Positions 15,350-30,452 of a stretch of DNA of 64,000 nt are shown here, piece by piece. The notes beneath the pieces were generated by a model that saw only the letters and a program-made list of their open reading frames with translations, did not search any database and was not told the origin of the DNA. Made by a program: the position numbers and the translations under genes. The DNA comes from Eledone cirrhosa (Eukaryota), in NCBI GenBank assembly GCA_964016885.1, contig OZ024741.1, positions 9,176,001-9,240,000 on the forward strand. The letters run 5' to 3'. Each line of letters starts with the position of its first letter. Within the stretch, counting starts at the first letter, position 1.

Positions 15350-15650
15350 GAACAACAACAACAACAGCAACAACAGCAATAACAACAGCAATAACAACAG
15401 CAATAACAACAGCAACAACAATAACAACAACAACAACAATAACAACAGCAATAACAACAGCAACAACAACAACAATAACTACAATACCAATAACAACAAC
15501 AATAACTACAATAACGATAACAACACTAACATCAATAACATTAATAATAATATTAATGTGACTGACGCACTGACTGATAAAGATAATAGTAACAAGACGA
15601 GCAAGAAGAAGAAGAAGAAGAAGAAGAAGAACAACAACAACAACATTGAT
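15350..15650. repeat. (AAC/AAT/AGC)n and (AAG)n microsatellites
   Basis: Direct reading. Confidence 0.9.
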
Positions 15651-15789
15651 AATAATATTAATGCCCCCCCCCCCCCCTCCCATTTTGGAGGAAAGAAGGA
15701 ATAACCCAACAGGAGTGTTCCATGAATGAAAGGAAAAGTTGAGAGGAGTTGAACTGATGATGTTTAAAAGGTGTGAAAGTTATTGGAAA

Positions 15790-15875
15790 CGTCTGACCCC
15801 TACTTCCTGGTACTTCGTCTGACCCCTACTTCCTGGTACTTCGTCTGACCCCTACTTCCTGGTACTTCGTCTGAC
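15790..15875. repeat. 26-bp tandem repeat, about 3.3 copies
   Basis: Unit cgtctgacccctacttcctggtactt. Confidence 0.9.
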
Positions 15876-16290
15876 ACTCAACCATTGAAGTCATCTCACA
15901 CCACAATATCTCTGTATCTCTGTATGTGTGTATGTGTGTGTGTGTGTATGTATGTATGTGTCTGCATGCGCATCTGCTGTTGGATCTCCGTCGGTTCCTG
16001 CGATGAGTATTTCTGTTGATTCTTTCAGCGGAACCATCCGCTCACGAAATTAACGTGCAAGTGGCTGAGCATCCCACAGATATAATCCTCGTGGTGATTC
16101 ATCGTGACACAGAGCGCCACAAAGCTGGTCATTTGTATTACTGGCACAATTCATTTTTGCTGAGTGGAGTCTGGAGCAACATGCAATGAAGTTTCTTGCT
16201 CAAGGATACAACACGGCGCTGGGAATCCTACTGGCACCCTTACAGGTGTGGAGTTCAGTACCCTTATCACCAAACCACGCTCACCGCAAT

Positions 16291-16745
16291 AATAATTGTT
16301 TCTACTTTTGGCACAAGGCCAGCAATTACCCAGTACATTACTGGTACTTTATTTATCGACCCCGTAAAGATGAAAGACAAAGCTAACCTCGGTGGGATAT
16401 TAACTCAGAACGTAAAAGGCCGTAACTTAATGCTACAAAGCATGGTATCCGACGCTCTACCGATTACTGCCAATCCACCGCCCTTATATAATAATTTCCA
16501 ATTTAGGCACAAGGCCAGCAATTTGTGGAGTATGGGAAATTCGATTATATCGATCCCAGTATTTTACCCCAGAGGGATGAAAGGTAAACCTGACCTTGGC
16601 CGGATTAGAACTTAAAACGTAAATGGCCATAACTCTCTGCCACAAAGCATATTGTCCGACACTCTACCGATACCGTCAATTCACCGTAAGGACGACAGGC
16701 GAAGCTGACCTCAGCGGGATCAGAACTCTGAAGTTAAAGGGTCGT
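16291..16745 (-). mobile_element. SINE family 1 copy plus older tandem copies
   Basis: Same core and tail repeated two to three times. Confidence 0.75.
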
Positions 16746-17494
16746 AACTAAAGGCAGCCGATCCAGATGTCTTTTATTTGCCACAAGGTAGCAAGAGGGT
16801 TAGAGTGTACAATGACGAAATACAAAAGTAAAAACAACGGAATCGCGCCATTGAGGAAAAGATTGAAATAAACCACAAAAGCCAAGAATAACAATAAATA
16901 AATAACAACAAAACATAAGAATATAGGACCTCCAAAATGGAGGACTGACATGTAAGGAGGTGAGGTCACCCTACACAATATTCCGGATTACTCTGACACA
17001 GTAAGGTAAAGGCTCGCCCCAGTTTTAGCTACCAGCTTACAGCTCCATAATTTGAGTGGTCCTATTTACCTTAGAGTAACCTTGACACTTTCGCTCACCT
17101 TTGATATCATCCACTGGAGGGTAGCATCTCTATTTCTATCTTCTTCATCCTCGTCAATTAACATTTGAAGAAAATCAATGAGGATCTGTCCTAACTCCCT
17201 GGGGTTGATGCGTGTCATCTACAGCAAAGTCAGGGGTACACACACCTGTGAGATGCTAGGCAGATCTATCTAAGAGAAGGATCCCTTCGTGGGATTTCAA
17301 CTCAGAACGTAAAGAGCTGGTACAAATGGAAGTGTTTTCCCATATATCGTTAAACTGAAACATCTCTGTTTTTCATTGGACATTCTCGTTAATCTTGTAA
17401 TCTTTCAACACCTATCTGCATGATTCTTAAGATTTAAAAATAAAAACTTTGAAAAATCAATCGAAATGTCTTCAATAATTTATATCAACTATGC

Positions 17495-17871
17495 TACTCC
17501 CGGGTCTCAAATAATCCCCCCCCCCCCACTCCACTTATTACATTTTCAGATTTTTTCCATCCCCGCTCTTATCCCTCCCTCGCTTATTAGATTTTGCTAA
17601 TCTATCTTTGGCGAAATTTTATCTTAAGTGGCAGCATTCCTGCGCTAATTTTCCTTAGATATTAAAAAGCACTATACATGACAAAAAATGTACATTACTA
17701 GAAATCCCATATGTTATAAAATAAATAGCATGGCTTGGGGTCTCAGTATGTAAACTAAACGACTAATTCTGGCTTTTAAAAAATCAACGGAGACAACCTA
17801 GAAAAATTACCTATTTTCCACCTCCCCCGCTAATTCTAACCCCCCCCCCTATACTTTGGGACCCGAGAGTA
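17495..17871. mobile_element. MITE-like DNA element
   Basis: Terminal inverted repeats tactcccgggtctcaaa / tttgggacccgagagta. Confidence 0.55.
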
Positions 17872-18010
17872 TGGGAAATGGTAAATCATCGACGAATCTG
17901 GCAGATAAAGACATAAAAACCAGCTTTCTTTTGTTTAACCTCAACTCAACAAACTTCCTCATTGGAATTACCAACGAAGGGTTAGAAATACTGTAGATGA
18001 AGAATTCTAA
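17872..18010 (-). pseudogene. Possible highly decayed PLE-type RT fragment
   Basis: SISNPSL..KF..L...F...ARFVDDL resembles RT motifs B-C; truncated by the MITE. Confidence 0.3.
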
Positions 18011-18802
18011 ATCAACTGTACAGAATGGATGGTTCCAAACTCTATAGGTAATGCAACCCCCATCTAGAGAGACCTGTGTATAGATTAGCACCACTAGCCT
18101 ACTCCCTCATCATCCTCCGGAGAAACGCTTTTTCTATTCTGTCCGCCAGGACCGCGGGGCGGTCAGCGCATGGGCCCCCAGTGAGAGATAGGGAGAAGCA
18201 GTAGAGACGGAGGCAGTGATAGTGGGAGTTTGGTTCCTTTGTATATGTTGTATGTGTATATATACTATTTACCACACCATATTAACTAAAATATTATTAT
18301 TTTTTCTGTTTTTACTTCTGGGTACGAAAGTATTAATGAAAATTATACGATTATAAATAAATAAAAAAATTAAGATTAGGCAAATAGGTTAATACTTTCC
18401 TCGCTAATTTAGATAAAAATGCTGAAATCGAAGAATTTGGATGGAAGCAGCCATAAATACTTAAGATAGAAGACAAGAAGGCATAAAATAAAAGAGAATT
18501 TATGGCAAAAGAGAGAAAACTACAAATAAAATCTCTGACAATTTAAGGTATGAAAAGCCAAACTATTCACTGCGTACCGAATACGGTACTTTGAAATATG
18601 GAGGTTATAAATATTGAGAGGAAGTGATAGGAATGGAGAAGTATTTTATATTTGATAGAAAAAGAATATACCTATTATAGAGAACGTGGAAAACAGTTTG
18701 ATATGAAAGAAATTAAGAAACTTTCATATATCATCATTGCGGCCACAGTCGAACATTCCTGACTAACTCTCTCCATAATTCACGATTTTCAACTGCTCTT
18801 GG

Positions 18803-19055
<253 letters not shown>

Positions 19056-19094
19056 AGTCTTCAAATTTATTATTATTACTATTATTATTATTAT

Positions 19095-19142
<48 letters not shown>

Positions 19143-19197
19143 AACGTCTATTCTTTTCCATTTGCTTTTTATTTACAAGCATCGATTATCACATTTT

Positions 19198-19266
<69 letters not shown>

Positions 19267-19790
19267 ATATTTGGGGAGGGTCATAATGTTATAATATTCC
19301 CAGAAATATATAATAAAAGACACTCATATATATTTCTGGCAATATTATAACAATATTACCCCCATCTATTTAATTTTATAATTTTTAAATAATATATATA
19401 TATATATAGCTTAAAATGGAATGAGAATAAGAAGAAAGCAAGAAGGGGTGGGGTGAGTTATCTCCTCTGGGTCTCGGATATTTCAACGCTTTAAAGACAA
19501 GATATATACCACCAGAGCGTTCAATAACTGGGTAAGATATTGGGAAAACGGAGGAGAGAGGGAAGGAAAATAGAAAGGAAAAAGGGAAGAAAAGAGAAAA
19601 GAGCGAAAAAAACCCAACAAACCGAGAAAGGTGCGATCAAGTTAAGGTAAGAAAATCCAAGACCACAGCGATAACAGAACTTAAGTTCAAGAGCGTGTGG
19701 GCGAACGAAAAGGCACGTCTGATATATATATATATATATATATATATTAATTCAAAATATTAACAATTTAGATATTCTTGTGATCAAGTA

Positions 19791-19856
19791 TATTTTATTA
19801 TACATATTTTAGAGGTACTGAGTTAAGTTCAACAGTACGTCCTCATCAGATAAAAT
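19791..19856 (-). ncRNA. Hammerhead family A copy with core mutation GAAA to AAAA, probably inactive
   Basis: Reverse complement reads tattttat-CTGATGA-ggacgtactg..cagtacctct-AAAA-tatgta-TA-ataaaata. Confidence 0.65.
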
Positions 19857-20024
19857 AAGATGATGGATGACATACCCTGACATGGTAGATGGTTAAGATT
19901 CAGTCACGGTAGTGAATCTTCACCATCTGGAAAATCTTAACTCTGGAAAATCATTACTATTGAGTGCTTCCAATCTATTGTAAAACTCATTCTTTGATTT
20001 ATTCATTGAATCTTGTTTAACTTT

Positions 20025-20069
<45 letters not shown>

Positions 20070-20095
20070 ATGAGTTATTAACTCTGCCTTTTATT

Positions 20096-20138
<43 letters not shown>

Positions 20139-20694
20139 GAATGCATCCCTCCCACATACATACATATATACAGAATTATTAAATCCATTATTTAACCCAT
20201 TATTTGCCAATACTGTAGAATTTGTTTTTAGAGGGTTTTCAATATAATGGTGGTCTGTGATTTGTGGGTAATATGTTTTAATTAATTAACCTTATGGACC
20301 TATCTTTGGGGTGTTGAACGAATATAATGTCGTGGGGTTTATTCCAGGACGAAATATCAAATTGTATTCATGACCAAAACACTTTCATTTTACGCTGATT
20401 CTCATGATAGGAAGGGGGCACCCACCTATTATACAAAAACCCCGATAAACCTCCTTGGAGATAAACATTTGAGATAACCCTACATAGGTGTGAGCTGTAA
20501 GTTGTGATTCTCTTTCTCACACGTGATCACCAATTAAACTATTAGCTGTATTGATAAGAGGAATAAGTAATTATTTACTGGTTGTTTACACATAGTGTGT
20601 TAGAGGTGTGATGCTGTTGTTGTTGTTGTGGAGGTGGTTGTGGTGGTGGTGGTACTGTGATTTGGTTGTAGTATAGCAGTATGGTGCTGTGATA

Positions 20695-20908
20695 TACGAG
20701 GGGGCGCTGGTTCCCGGCTTGGTCGCTGCTATAGGGGCCTGGTTGGGGACCCAACTGTCGAAGTTCTTTCTATAGGGCTTAGAAAAACTGAAGGACCTCC
20801 GCAATAAGTGTGAGAATCTGAGAGGGGAATATGTTGAATAAAATCATAACTGATCCTCCTGCATTTTATTTTACACAAAGCCAGGAACTTTAAAACGCCT
20901 CCTTCGTA
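20695..20908 (+). mobile_element. Internally deleted mariner element
   Basis: TA-flanked degenerate TIRs (tacgagggggcg / cgcctccttcgta); encodes GLEKLKDLRNKCENLRGEYVE*, resembling a mariner transposase C-terminus. Confidence 0.75.
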
Positions 20909-21420
20909 CACACACAAACACATATATTAAATGAAGATGTATACATATTTCTACACGCGTATAGATACAAGTATAGATATATACATACATAGAGGGTGTC
21001 CAACTTATACTGAGTTATGTATATATATATATATATGTATATATTATAATTGAATATAAAAGAAAAACGAACACAGATAAATACATGTATGTGTTCAAAT
21101 CGCAAGGGACCAGATTCGCTAAGGTGAAAAGAATACTAACTATAGACAATAGGGTTTGACTGTCTCAATTTAAGAATAAATTAAGAAAATAAATACAAAC
21201 CGGAATTGTGGTAACTACCAATCACCCAGACAGCTCTCGGTGCTGTTTCGCAATATTAATTGTGAATAGAAATACCAATTGCTGCTCATTTTCTTTTATA
21301 TTCAATTATAATACACGGCTTGGAAACATCTCTTTCTTAGAGCTATTTTATTGTAAAAGACTATTTTGAGTTTCTAACTCAATATATACCTTTGATATAT
21401 ATATATATGTGTGTGTGTAT

Positions 21421-21483
<63 letters not shown>

Positions 21484-21614
21484 CTTGATCACCTTGACCG
21501 ACCAGTCTGTCGGGCGTCCATTCGGCGCCGCTGGTCACATCACGTCGTGCTGTTTTAGCCATAAGATAACGCCATCCCACTGGCTGGGTGGGCAGGCTGG
21601 TACCTCTTCATCTC

Positions 21615-21755
21615 ATTTCTACAGCTGAGTAAATTGGGGCAACGTGAAATAAAGTGTCTTGCTCAAAGAAACAGCCCATCACCCGGTCCGAGAATTGAAC
21701 TCACAACCTTTCGATTGCAAGCCCAATGCTCTAACCCCTAAGCCATGCGCCTTCA
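21615..21755 (-). mobile_element. tRNA-derived SINE family 2
   Basis: Reverse complement GAAGGCGCATGGCTTAGGGGTTAGAG..GAGTTCAATTCTC..TTGAGCAAGACACTTTATTTCACGTTGC. Confidence 0.8.
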
Positions 21756-21764
21756 CACACACAC

Positions 21765-21795
<31 letters not shown>

Positions 21796-21832
21796 TGTAT
21801 GTATGTATGTATGTATGTATGTATGTATGTAT

Positions 21833-22390
21833 AATGGTCGGGTCGTTGGCGACTAAACTGGCAACCCCACCAAGGTTTCTTGGTGAGGAGGGTGGCTTTG
21901 GACATCCTGCAGGACTAAAAACAAAACCTTTCAAAGGGCAAAGGAGCTCTTAAGAGTTAATGGCCATCCAAAATCACTGGGAGAGATGACCCCTTAGCCT
22001 TTGTCAAGGCAGAATTCTAGGAGAAGGAAAACTCTGATATAACACCTGCAGCCCTGATGGTATCCAATGATGTTGACTTGTTCTTCTTTTTGGTAAATAT
22101 CATCTTGGTTAAGAGAGTGGGACTGGCTTCGTGCAGTGCCTTTGCTCACTATAAAAGCTTCACGGCACAGGCATTGCTTTATATCTGGAGATCTCTCTGC
22201 ACTTGTCGTCACATGGTACCAAAGGCAAAGCACTATGTGTCAATAATTGTCACAAGTGTAGTGTTTGTACCAGAGTTTTCAAGTCGCTGGCTGGACTAAA
22301 AAGTCACACTCGTTCAGCGCATCGGTAGGAGTTCTCCTACATGGATATAAAGTAGTGGCCGTACTCGAAAACGAGTTGGCAGCCAACATG
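21833..22390 (+). mobile_element. Non-coding RTE-like non-autonomous element
   Basis: High similarity to the reverse complement of 36238-36793. Contains CTAGGAGAAGGAAAACTCTGA, recalled from RTE 5' UTRs. 3' hairpin followed by a microsatellite tail. Confidence 0.6.
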
Positions 22391-22400
22391 TATATATGTA

Positions 22401-22600
<200 letters not shown>

Positions 22601-22757
22601 CATATATATACATAAACGTTTGAATATGTGTAATAAAGCCAAAACAATGCAGGTATGGACATAGAAAAAAGAATGCAATAGTAAAAGATATTGTTGAGAA
22701 TTCGTCCTTTACCTTGAATTTATTTAAATGTCCTTAATTTTCGAGATAATATCTCTT

Positions 22758-22847
<90 letters not shown>

Positions 22848-22950
22848 GTATATATATATGTATATATATATATATATGTATATATAAATGTATATATTTA
22901 TATATATATGAAGAGGGTGTTGAACTCAAACACACTCTAGTATTTTAATT

Positions 22951-23004
<54 letters not shown>

Positions 23005-23007
<3 letters not shown>

Positions 23008-23370
23008 TGCTTCCGTAGGCGGTATGCCAAATTTAGCACTCGATATTCATCAGAGTAGAGTGTAGGAATTATCCAAAATAATGAAAAATCAGTGATGCAT
23101 CTGGACTTAGTTTATTTCGTGTTACAAATGTTTCGCCGGCATGTAGCTCGAGACATGGTCCTTGTATGGATCTGGCTGATTCTACGTCTGCGGGTTCTTT
23201 CAGACACGTCTGTTATGTCCGGAGCAAAATTTATCCGGACATAACAGACGTGTCTGAAAGAACCCGCAGAAGTAGAATCAGCCAGATCCATACAAGGACC
23301 ATGTCTCGAGCTACATGCCGGCGAAACATTTGTAACACGAAATAAACTAAGTCCAATGCATCACTGATTT
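23005..23370. mobile_element. Fold-back family B insertion
   Basis: Palindrome 23083-23370; terminus similar to 3590-3660 and 33890-33995. Confidence 0.8.
23249..23339 (+). ncRNA. Divergent family B hammerhead-like motif, mirrored on the minus strand near 23117-23208
   Basis: cgtgt-CTGAAAGA-[~60 nt]-GAAA-catttg-TA-acacg; stem I covaries relative to 3689; one extra A in the core. Confidence 0.58.
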
Positions 23371-23378
23371 TATATATA

Positions 23379-23412
<34 letters not shown>

Positions 23413-23413
23413 G

Positions 23414-23464
<51 letters not shown>

Positions 23465-23519
23465 GTATATATATATATATATATATATAGGTATATATAT
23501 ATATATATATATATATATG

Positions 23520-23569
<50 letters not shown>

Positions 23570-23656
23570 AAAGTCTTATTTAAATTGTTGGGATACAACA
23601 AGCAAATATTTTTATAACTGATATAAAGCACTCGACAAATATTTGGAGTAGATATA

Positions 23657-23971
23657 CGATATTAATACATGGAAACTATATTTATAAAACCATATTTATT
23701 TCATTATATATATTTCAAGGATACCAAGTTACATTATGGTATGCCTTCATCAGACACTTTTATAAATAGACATTTACGTACCCCTAGAATACTATCCTGA
23801 TGGCCTCCAAAAACAACGGACAATTTTTAAAGGGGTACGTCAATGTCTATTTATAAAAGTGTTATATATTGTATTTTGTCTGATGAAGGCACACCATAAT
23901 GTAACTTGGTATCCTTGAAATATAATGAAATAAATATGGTTTTATAAATATAGTTTCCATTTATTAATATC

Positions 23972-23973
<2 letters not shown>
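23657..23973. mobile_element. Fold-back family E insertion
   Basis: Inverted arms with a hammerhead core in each. Confidence 0.8.
23872..23932 (+). ncRNA. Hammerhead motif (family E), with inverted copy at 23697-23755
   Basis: tattttgt-CTGATGA-agg..acca..tggtatcctt-GAAA-ta-TA-atgaaata (stem III shortened). The minus-strand copy retains GAAA-tatata-TA. Confidence 0.65.
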
Positions 23974-24064
<91 letters not shown>

Positions 24065-24067
24065 CAT

Positions 24068-27000
24068 CTAGTATAGTATAGTAGTGCAGTATCGTAGAGT
24101 ATAGCATAGTATAGTATATTTGTGCAGTTTAGTATAGTATAGTATAGTATAGTGTAGTATAGTGTAGTGTAGTGTAGTGTAGTGTAGTATAGTATAATAT
24201 AGTGTAGTGTAGTATAGTATAGTATAGTGTAGTGTAGGGTAGTGTAGTGTAGTTTAGTGTAGTATAGTATAGTGTAGTGTAGTGTAGTGTAGTGTAGTGT
24301 AGTGTAGTGTAGTGTAGTGTAGTGTAGTATAGTATAGTGTAGTGTAGTGTCGTATAGTGTAGTGTAGTATAGTATAGTATAGTATAGTGTAGTGTAGTGT
24401 AGTAAAGTATAGTATAGTGTAGTGTAGTGTAGTGTAGTGTAGTGTAGTGTAGTGTAGTGTAGTGTAGTGTAGTATGGTATAGTATAGTGTAGTGTAGTTT
24501 AGTGTAGTATAGTATAGTGTCGTGTAGTGTAGTGTAGTATAGAATGGTATAGTGTAGTGTAGTATAGTATAGTGTAGTGGAGTATAGTGTAGTATTGTGT
24601 AGTGTAGTGTAGTATAGTGTAGTATAGTATAGTATAGTATAGTGTAGTGTAGTTTAAAGTAGTATAGTATAGTATTGTGTAGTGTAGTGTAGTATAGTAT
24701 GGTATAGTGTAGTGTAGTATAGTATAGTGTAGTGTAGTATAGTATAGTATAGTATAGTGTAGTGTAGTGTAGTGTAGTATAGTATAATATTCTGTAGTGT
24801 AGTATAGTATAGTGTAGTGTAGTGTAGTATAGTGTAGTGTAGTATAGTATAGTATAGTGTAGTGTAGTTTAGTGTAGTATAGTATAGTGTAGTGTAGTAT
24901 AGTATAGTGTAGTATAGTGTAGTGTAGTGTAGTATAGTATAGTATAGTGTAGTGTAGTGTAGTGTAGTATAGTGTAGTGTAGTATAGTATAGTATAGTGT
25001 AGTGTAGTGTAGTATAGTATAGTATAGTGTAGTGTAGTATAGTATAGTGTAGTGTAGTGTAGTATAATGTAGTGTAGTATAGTATAGTGTAGTGTAGTTT
25101 AGTGTAGTATGGTATAGTATAGTGTAGTGTAGTGTAGTATAGTATGGTATAGTGTAGTGTACTGTAGTATAGTGTAGTGTAGTATAGTAAAGTATAGTGT
25201 AGTATAGTGTAGTATAGTATAGTGTAGTATAGTATAGTATAGTATAGTGTAGTGTAGTGTAGTGTAGTATAGTATAGTGTAGTGTAGTATAGTATAGTAT
25301 AGTGTAGTGTAGTGTAGTATAGTGTGGTGTAGTGTAGTGTAGTGTAGTATAGTGTAGTGTAGTATAGTATAGCATAGTGTAGTGTAGTATAGTATAGTGT
25401 AGTGTAGTGTAGTGTAGTATAATATAATTTAGTGTAGCATAGTATTGTATAGTGTAGTGTAGTGTAGTATAGTATAGTGTAGTGTAGTATAGTATAGTGT
25501 AGTGTAGTGAAGTGTAGGGTAGTGTAGTATAGTGTAGTGTAGTATAGTATAGTGTAGTGTAGTATAGTGTAGTGTAGTGTAGTATAGTATAGTGTAGTGT
25601 AGTATAGTGTAGTGTAGTGTAGTGTAGTGCAGTGTAGTGTAGTGTAGTGTAGTGTAGTGTAGTATAGTGTAGTATAGTATAGTATAGTGTAGTGTAGTGT
25701 AGTGTAGTATAGTTTAGTGTAGTATAGTGTAGTGTAGTGTAGTGTAGTGTAGTGTAGTGTAGTGTAGTGTAGTGTAGTGTAGTGTAGTGTAGTATAGTTT
25801 AGTGTAGTATAGTGTAGTGTAGTGTAGTGTAGTGTAGTATAGTGTAGTATAGTATAGTATAGTGTAGTGTAGTGTAGTGTAGTGTAGTGTAGTATATTAT
25901 AGTGTAGTATAGTATAGTATAGTGTAGTGTAGTATAGTGTAGTATAGTATAGTGTAGTGTAGTATAGTGTAGTGTAGTGTAGTGTAGTATAGTATAGTGT
26001 AGTATAGTATAGTATAGTGTAGTATAGTATAGTGTAGTGTAGTATAGTGTAGTGTAGTATAGTATAGTATAGTATAGTGTAGTGTAGTATAGTATAGTAT
26101 AGTGTAGTGTAGTGTAGTGTAGTGTAGTGTAGTGTAGTATAGTGTAGTGTAGTATAGTGTAGTGTAGTATGGTATAGTATAGTGTAGTGTAGTTTAGTGT
26201 AGTATAGTATAGTGTAGTGTAGTGTAGTGTAGTATAGTATGGTATAGTGTAGTATAGTATAGTGTAGTGGAGTATAGTGTAGTATAGTGTAGTGTAGTGT
26301 AGTATAGTGTAGTATAGTATAGTATAGTATAGTGTATTGCAGTTTAGTGTAGTATAGTATAGTATTGTGTAGTGTAGTGTAGTATAGTGTAGTGTAGTAT
26401 AGTATAGTGTAGTGTAGTATAGTATAGTATAGTATAGTGTAGTGTAGTGTAGTGTAGTGTAGTATAGTATAATATTCTGTAGTGTAGTATAGTATAGTGT
26501 AGTGTAGTATAGTATAGTGTAGTGTAGTGTAGTATAGTGTAGTATAGTATAGTATAGTATAGTGTAGTGTAGTTTAGTGTAGTATAGTATAGTGTAGTGT
26601 AGTATAGTATAGTGTAGTATAGTGTAGTGTAGTATAGTATAGTATAGTGTAGTGTAGTGTAGTGTAGTATAGTGTAGTGTAGTATAGTATAGTATAGTGT
26701 AGTGTAGTGTAGTATAGTATAGTATAGTGTAGTGTAGTATAGTATAGTGTAGTGTAGTGTAGTATAATGTAGTGTAGTATAGTATAGTGTAGTGTAGTTT
26801 AGTGTAGTATAGTATAGTATAGTGTAGTGTATTGTAGTATAGTATGGTATAGTGTAGTGTACTGTAGTATAGTGTAGTGTAGTATAGTAAAGTATAGTGT
26901 AGTATAGTGTAGTATAGTATAGTGTAGTATAGTATAGTATAGTATAGTGTAGTGTAGTGTAGTGTAGTATAGTATAGTGTAGTGTAGTATAGTATAGTAT

Positions 27001-29148
27001 AGTGTAGTATAGTGTAGTGTAGTGTAGTATTGTATAGTATAGTGTAGTGTAGTGTAGTATAGTGTGGTGTAGTGTAGTGTAGTGTAGTGTAGTATAGTGT
27101 AGTGTAGTATAGTATAGCATAGTGTAGTGTAGTATAGTATAGTGTAGTGTAGTGTAGTGTAGTATAGTATAATTTAGTGTAGCATAGTATAGTATAGTGT
27201 AGTGTAGTGTAGTATAGTATAGTGTAGTGTAGTGTAGTATAGTATAGTGTAGTGTAGTGCAGTGTAGGGTAGTGTAGTATAGTGTAGTGTAGTATAGTAT
27301 AGTGTAGTGTAGTATAGTGTAGTGTAGTGTAGTGTAGTATAGTGTAGTGTAGTATAGTGTAGTGTAGTATAGTGTAGTGTAGTGTAGTGTAGTATAGTTT
27401 AGTGTAGTGTAGTTTAGTGTAGTATAGTGTAGTGTAGTGTAGTGTAGTGTAGTGTAGTATAGTAAAGTATAGTGTAGTGTAGTGTAGTATAGTTTAGTGT
27501 AGTATAGTGTAGTGTAGTGTAGTGTAGTATAGTGTAGTGTAGTGTAGTATAGTATAGTGTAGTGTAGTGTTGTGTAGTATAGTGTAGTGTAGTGTAGTGT
27601 AGTGTAGTGTAGTGTAGTGTAGTATAGTATAGTGTAGTGTAGTGTAGTGTAGTGTAGTGTAGTATAGTTTAGTGTAGTGTAGTGTAGTGTAGTATAGTAT
27701 AGTGTAGTGTAGTGTAGTGTAGTATAGTAAAGTATAGTGTAGTGTAGTGTAGTATAGTTTAGTGTAGTGTAGTGTAGTGTAGTATAGTGTAGTATAGTAT
27801 AGTGTAGTGTAGTGTAGTGTAGTGTAGTGTAGTGTAGTGTAGTGTAGTATAGTGTAGTATAGTATAGTATAGTGTAGTGTAGTGTAGTGTAGTGTAGTGT
27901 AGTGTAATATAGTTTAGTGTAGTATAGTGTAGTGTAGTGTAGTGTAGTGTAGTGTAGTGTAGTATAGTGTAGTGTAGTGTAGTGTAGTGTAGTATAGTTT
28001 AGTGTAGTATAGTGTAGTGTAGTGTAGTGTAGTGTAGTATAGTATAGTGTAGTATAGTATAGTGTAGTGTAGTGTAGTGTAGTGTAGTGTAGTGTAGTGT
28101 AGTGTAGTGTAGTGTAGTGTAGTGTAGTGTAGTGTAGTGTAGTATAGTATAGTATAGTGTAGTGTAGTGTAGTATAGTATAGTGTAGTATAGTGTAGTAT
28201 AGTATAGTATAGTATAGTATAGTGTAGTATAGTATAGTGTAGTGTAGTATAGTGTAGTGTAGTATAGTATAGTGTAGTATAGTATAGTGTAGTGTAGTGT
28301 AGTATAGTGTAGTGTAGTATAGTATAGTGTAGTGTAGTATAGTATAGTGTAGTATAGTATAGTATAGTGTAGTATAGTATAGTGTAGTGTAGTATAGTAT
28401 AGTGTAGTATAGTATAGTATAGTGTAGTATAGTATAGTGTAGTGTAGTATAGTATAGTGTAGTATAATATAGTATAGTGTAGTATAGTATAGTGTAGTGT
28501 AGTGTAGTATAGTGTAGTGTAGTATAGTATAGTGTAGTGTAGTATAGTGTAGTGTAGTGTTGTGTAGTATAGTGTAGTGTAGTGTAGTGTAGTGTAGTGT
28601 AGTGTAGTGTAGTATAGTGTAGTGTAGTGTAGTGTAGTGTAGTGTAGTATAGTTTAGTGTAGTGTAGTGTAGTGTAGTATAGTATAGTGTAGTGTAGTGT
28701 AGTGTAGTGTAGTGTAGTATAGTAAAGTATTGTGTAGTGTAGTATAGTATAGTGTAGTGTAGTATAGTATAGTGTAGTATAGTATAGTATAGTGTAGTAT
28801 AGTATAGTGTAGTGTAGTGTAGTATAGTATAGTGTAGTATAGTATAGTGTAATGTAGTATAGTATAGTGTAGTATAGTATAGTATAGTGTAGTATAGTAT
28901 AGTGTAGTGTAGTATAGTATAGTATAGTGTAGTGTAGTATAGTATAGTGTAGTGTAGTATAGTGTAGTGTAGTGTAGTATAGTGTAGTGTAGTATAGTAT
29001 AGTGTAGTGTAGTATAGTGTAGTGTAGTGTTGTGTAGTATAGTGTAGTGTAGTATAGTATAGTATAGTGTAGTATAGTATAGTGTAGTGTAGTATAGTAT
29101 AGTATAGTGTAGTGTAGTATAGTATAGTGTAGTGTAGTATAGTATATA
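24068..29148. repeat. (AGTRT)n pentamer satellite, ~5.1 kb
   Basis: AGTGT/AGTAT units in constant 5-bp phase. Confidence 0.97.
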
Positions 29149-29501
29149 GTAGATGTGATATACATAGATGTTAGTTTTACGATAGTGTTCGACTTCAATG
29201 TGAAGTGACTTTCTAATTGACGGTTTGTACAGACACACATACACACACATACACACACATACACATGCACGTACACTAACATACACACACGTACACATGC
29301 ACGTACACATGCACGTACACACACGTACACATGCACGTACACTTGCACGTACACACACGTACACACACGTACACATGCATATATATGTATATACACACTT
29401 ATCATACATAATATAACCTGTACATATATAAATAACATACGTGCATGCAAACATATATATATACTTACATACATACTAACATACATATATAATATATACT
29501 T

Positions 29502-29621
<120 letters not shown>

Positions 29622-29782
29622 GTTATTCCGGGTTGAATCGGATGTAACCACAGTAAGTAAGGTACTCAATACATTGCAGAGTATAAAAGCTATAATATAG
29701 ATGAGATTCTGCAGGACTAGAACTGATGATTTCTAAAGAATGAAACAGTTCTAGTCTTGTAGAATCTCATCTATATTAAAAC

Positions 29783-29868
<86 letters not shown>

Positions 29869-30358
29869 GCATACAAACATACACACACACATACATTTAT
29901 ACGTACACACATACATATATACATACATATATATATATATACATATATATACATACATATATATATACATACATTCCCACATACATACATATATACATAT
30001 ATACATACATATATACATACATATACATACATATATACATACATAAACATACATATATAGATACATATATACATACACATACATACATATATACATTACA
30101 TATATACAATATATACATACACATATACATACATATACATATTAACATACATATACTTACATATATACATACATATAAATACATATATACATACAAATAT
30201 ACATACATATATACATACATATATACATATCTTTATACATACATTTATACATACATACATATACATACATATATACATACATGATGGCTGCCCCCTCGTT
30301 ATCGAGTATGGCCATTGCACGATATACCATTATTAATAATTATTAATTAATTCTGGAT

Positions 30359-30452
30359 TGACTTTGCCTTTCATCCTTACGGTGTCAATAAAATAAAGTA
30401 CCAGTAATGCACTGGTGAATTGCTGGCCTTGTGCCTAAAGTAGAAACAATTA
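30359..30452 (+). mobile_element. SINE family 1, 3' part
   Basis: Core plus tail. Confidence 0.8.

Noticed and set aside
15225-15709. Asn/Lys-rich and hydrophobic ORFs
   Set aside because: Made of trinucleotide microsatellites, with no domain evidence
21690-21755. tRNA-like sequences here and at other SINE heads
   Set aside because: Degenerate heads fused to SINE cores, not tRNA genes
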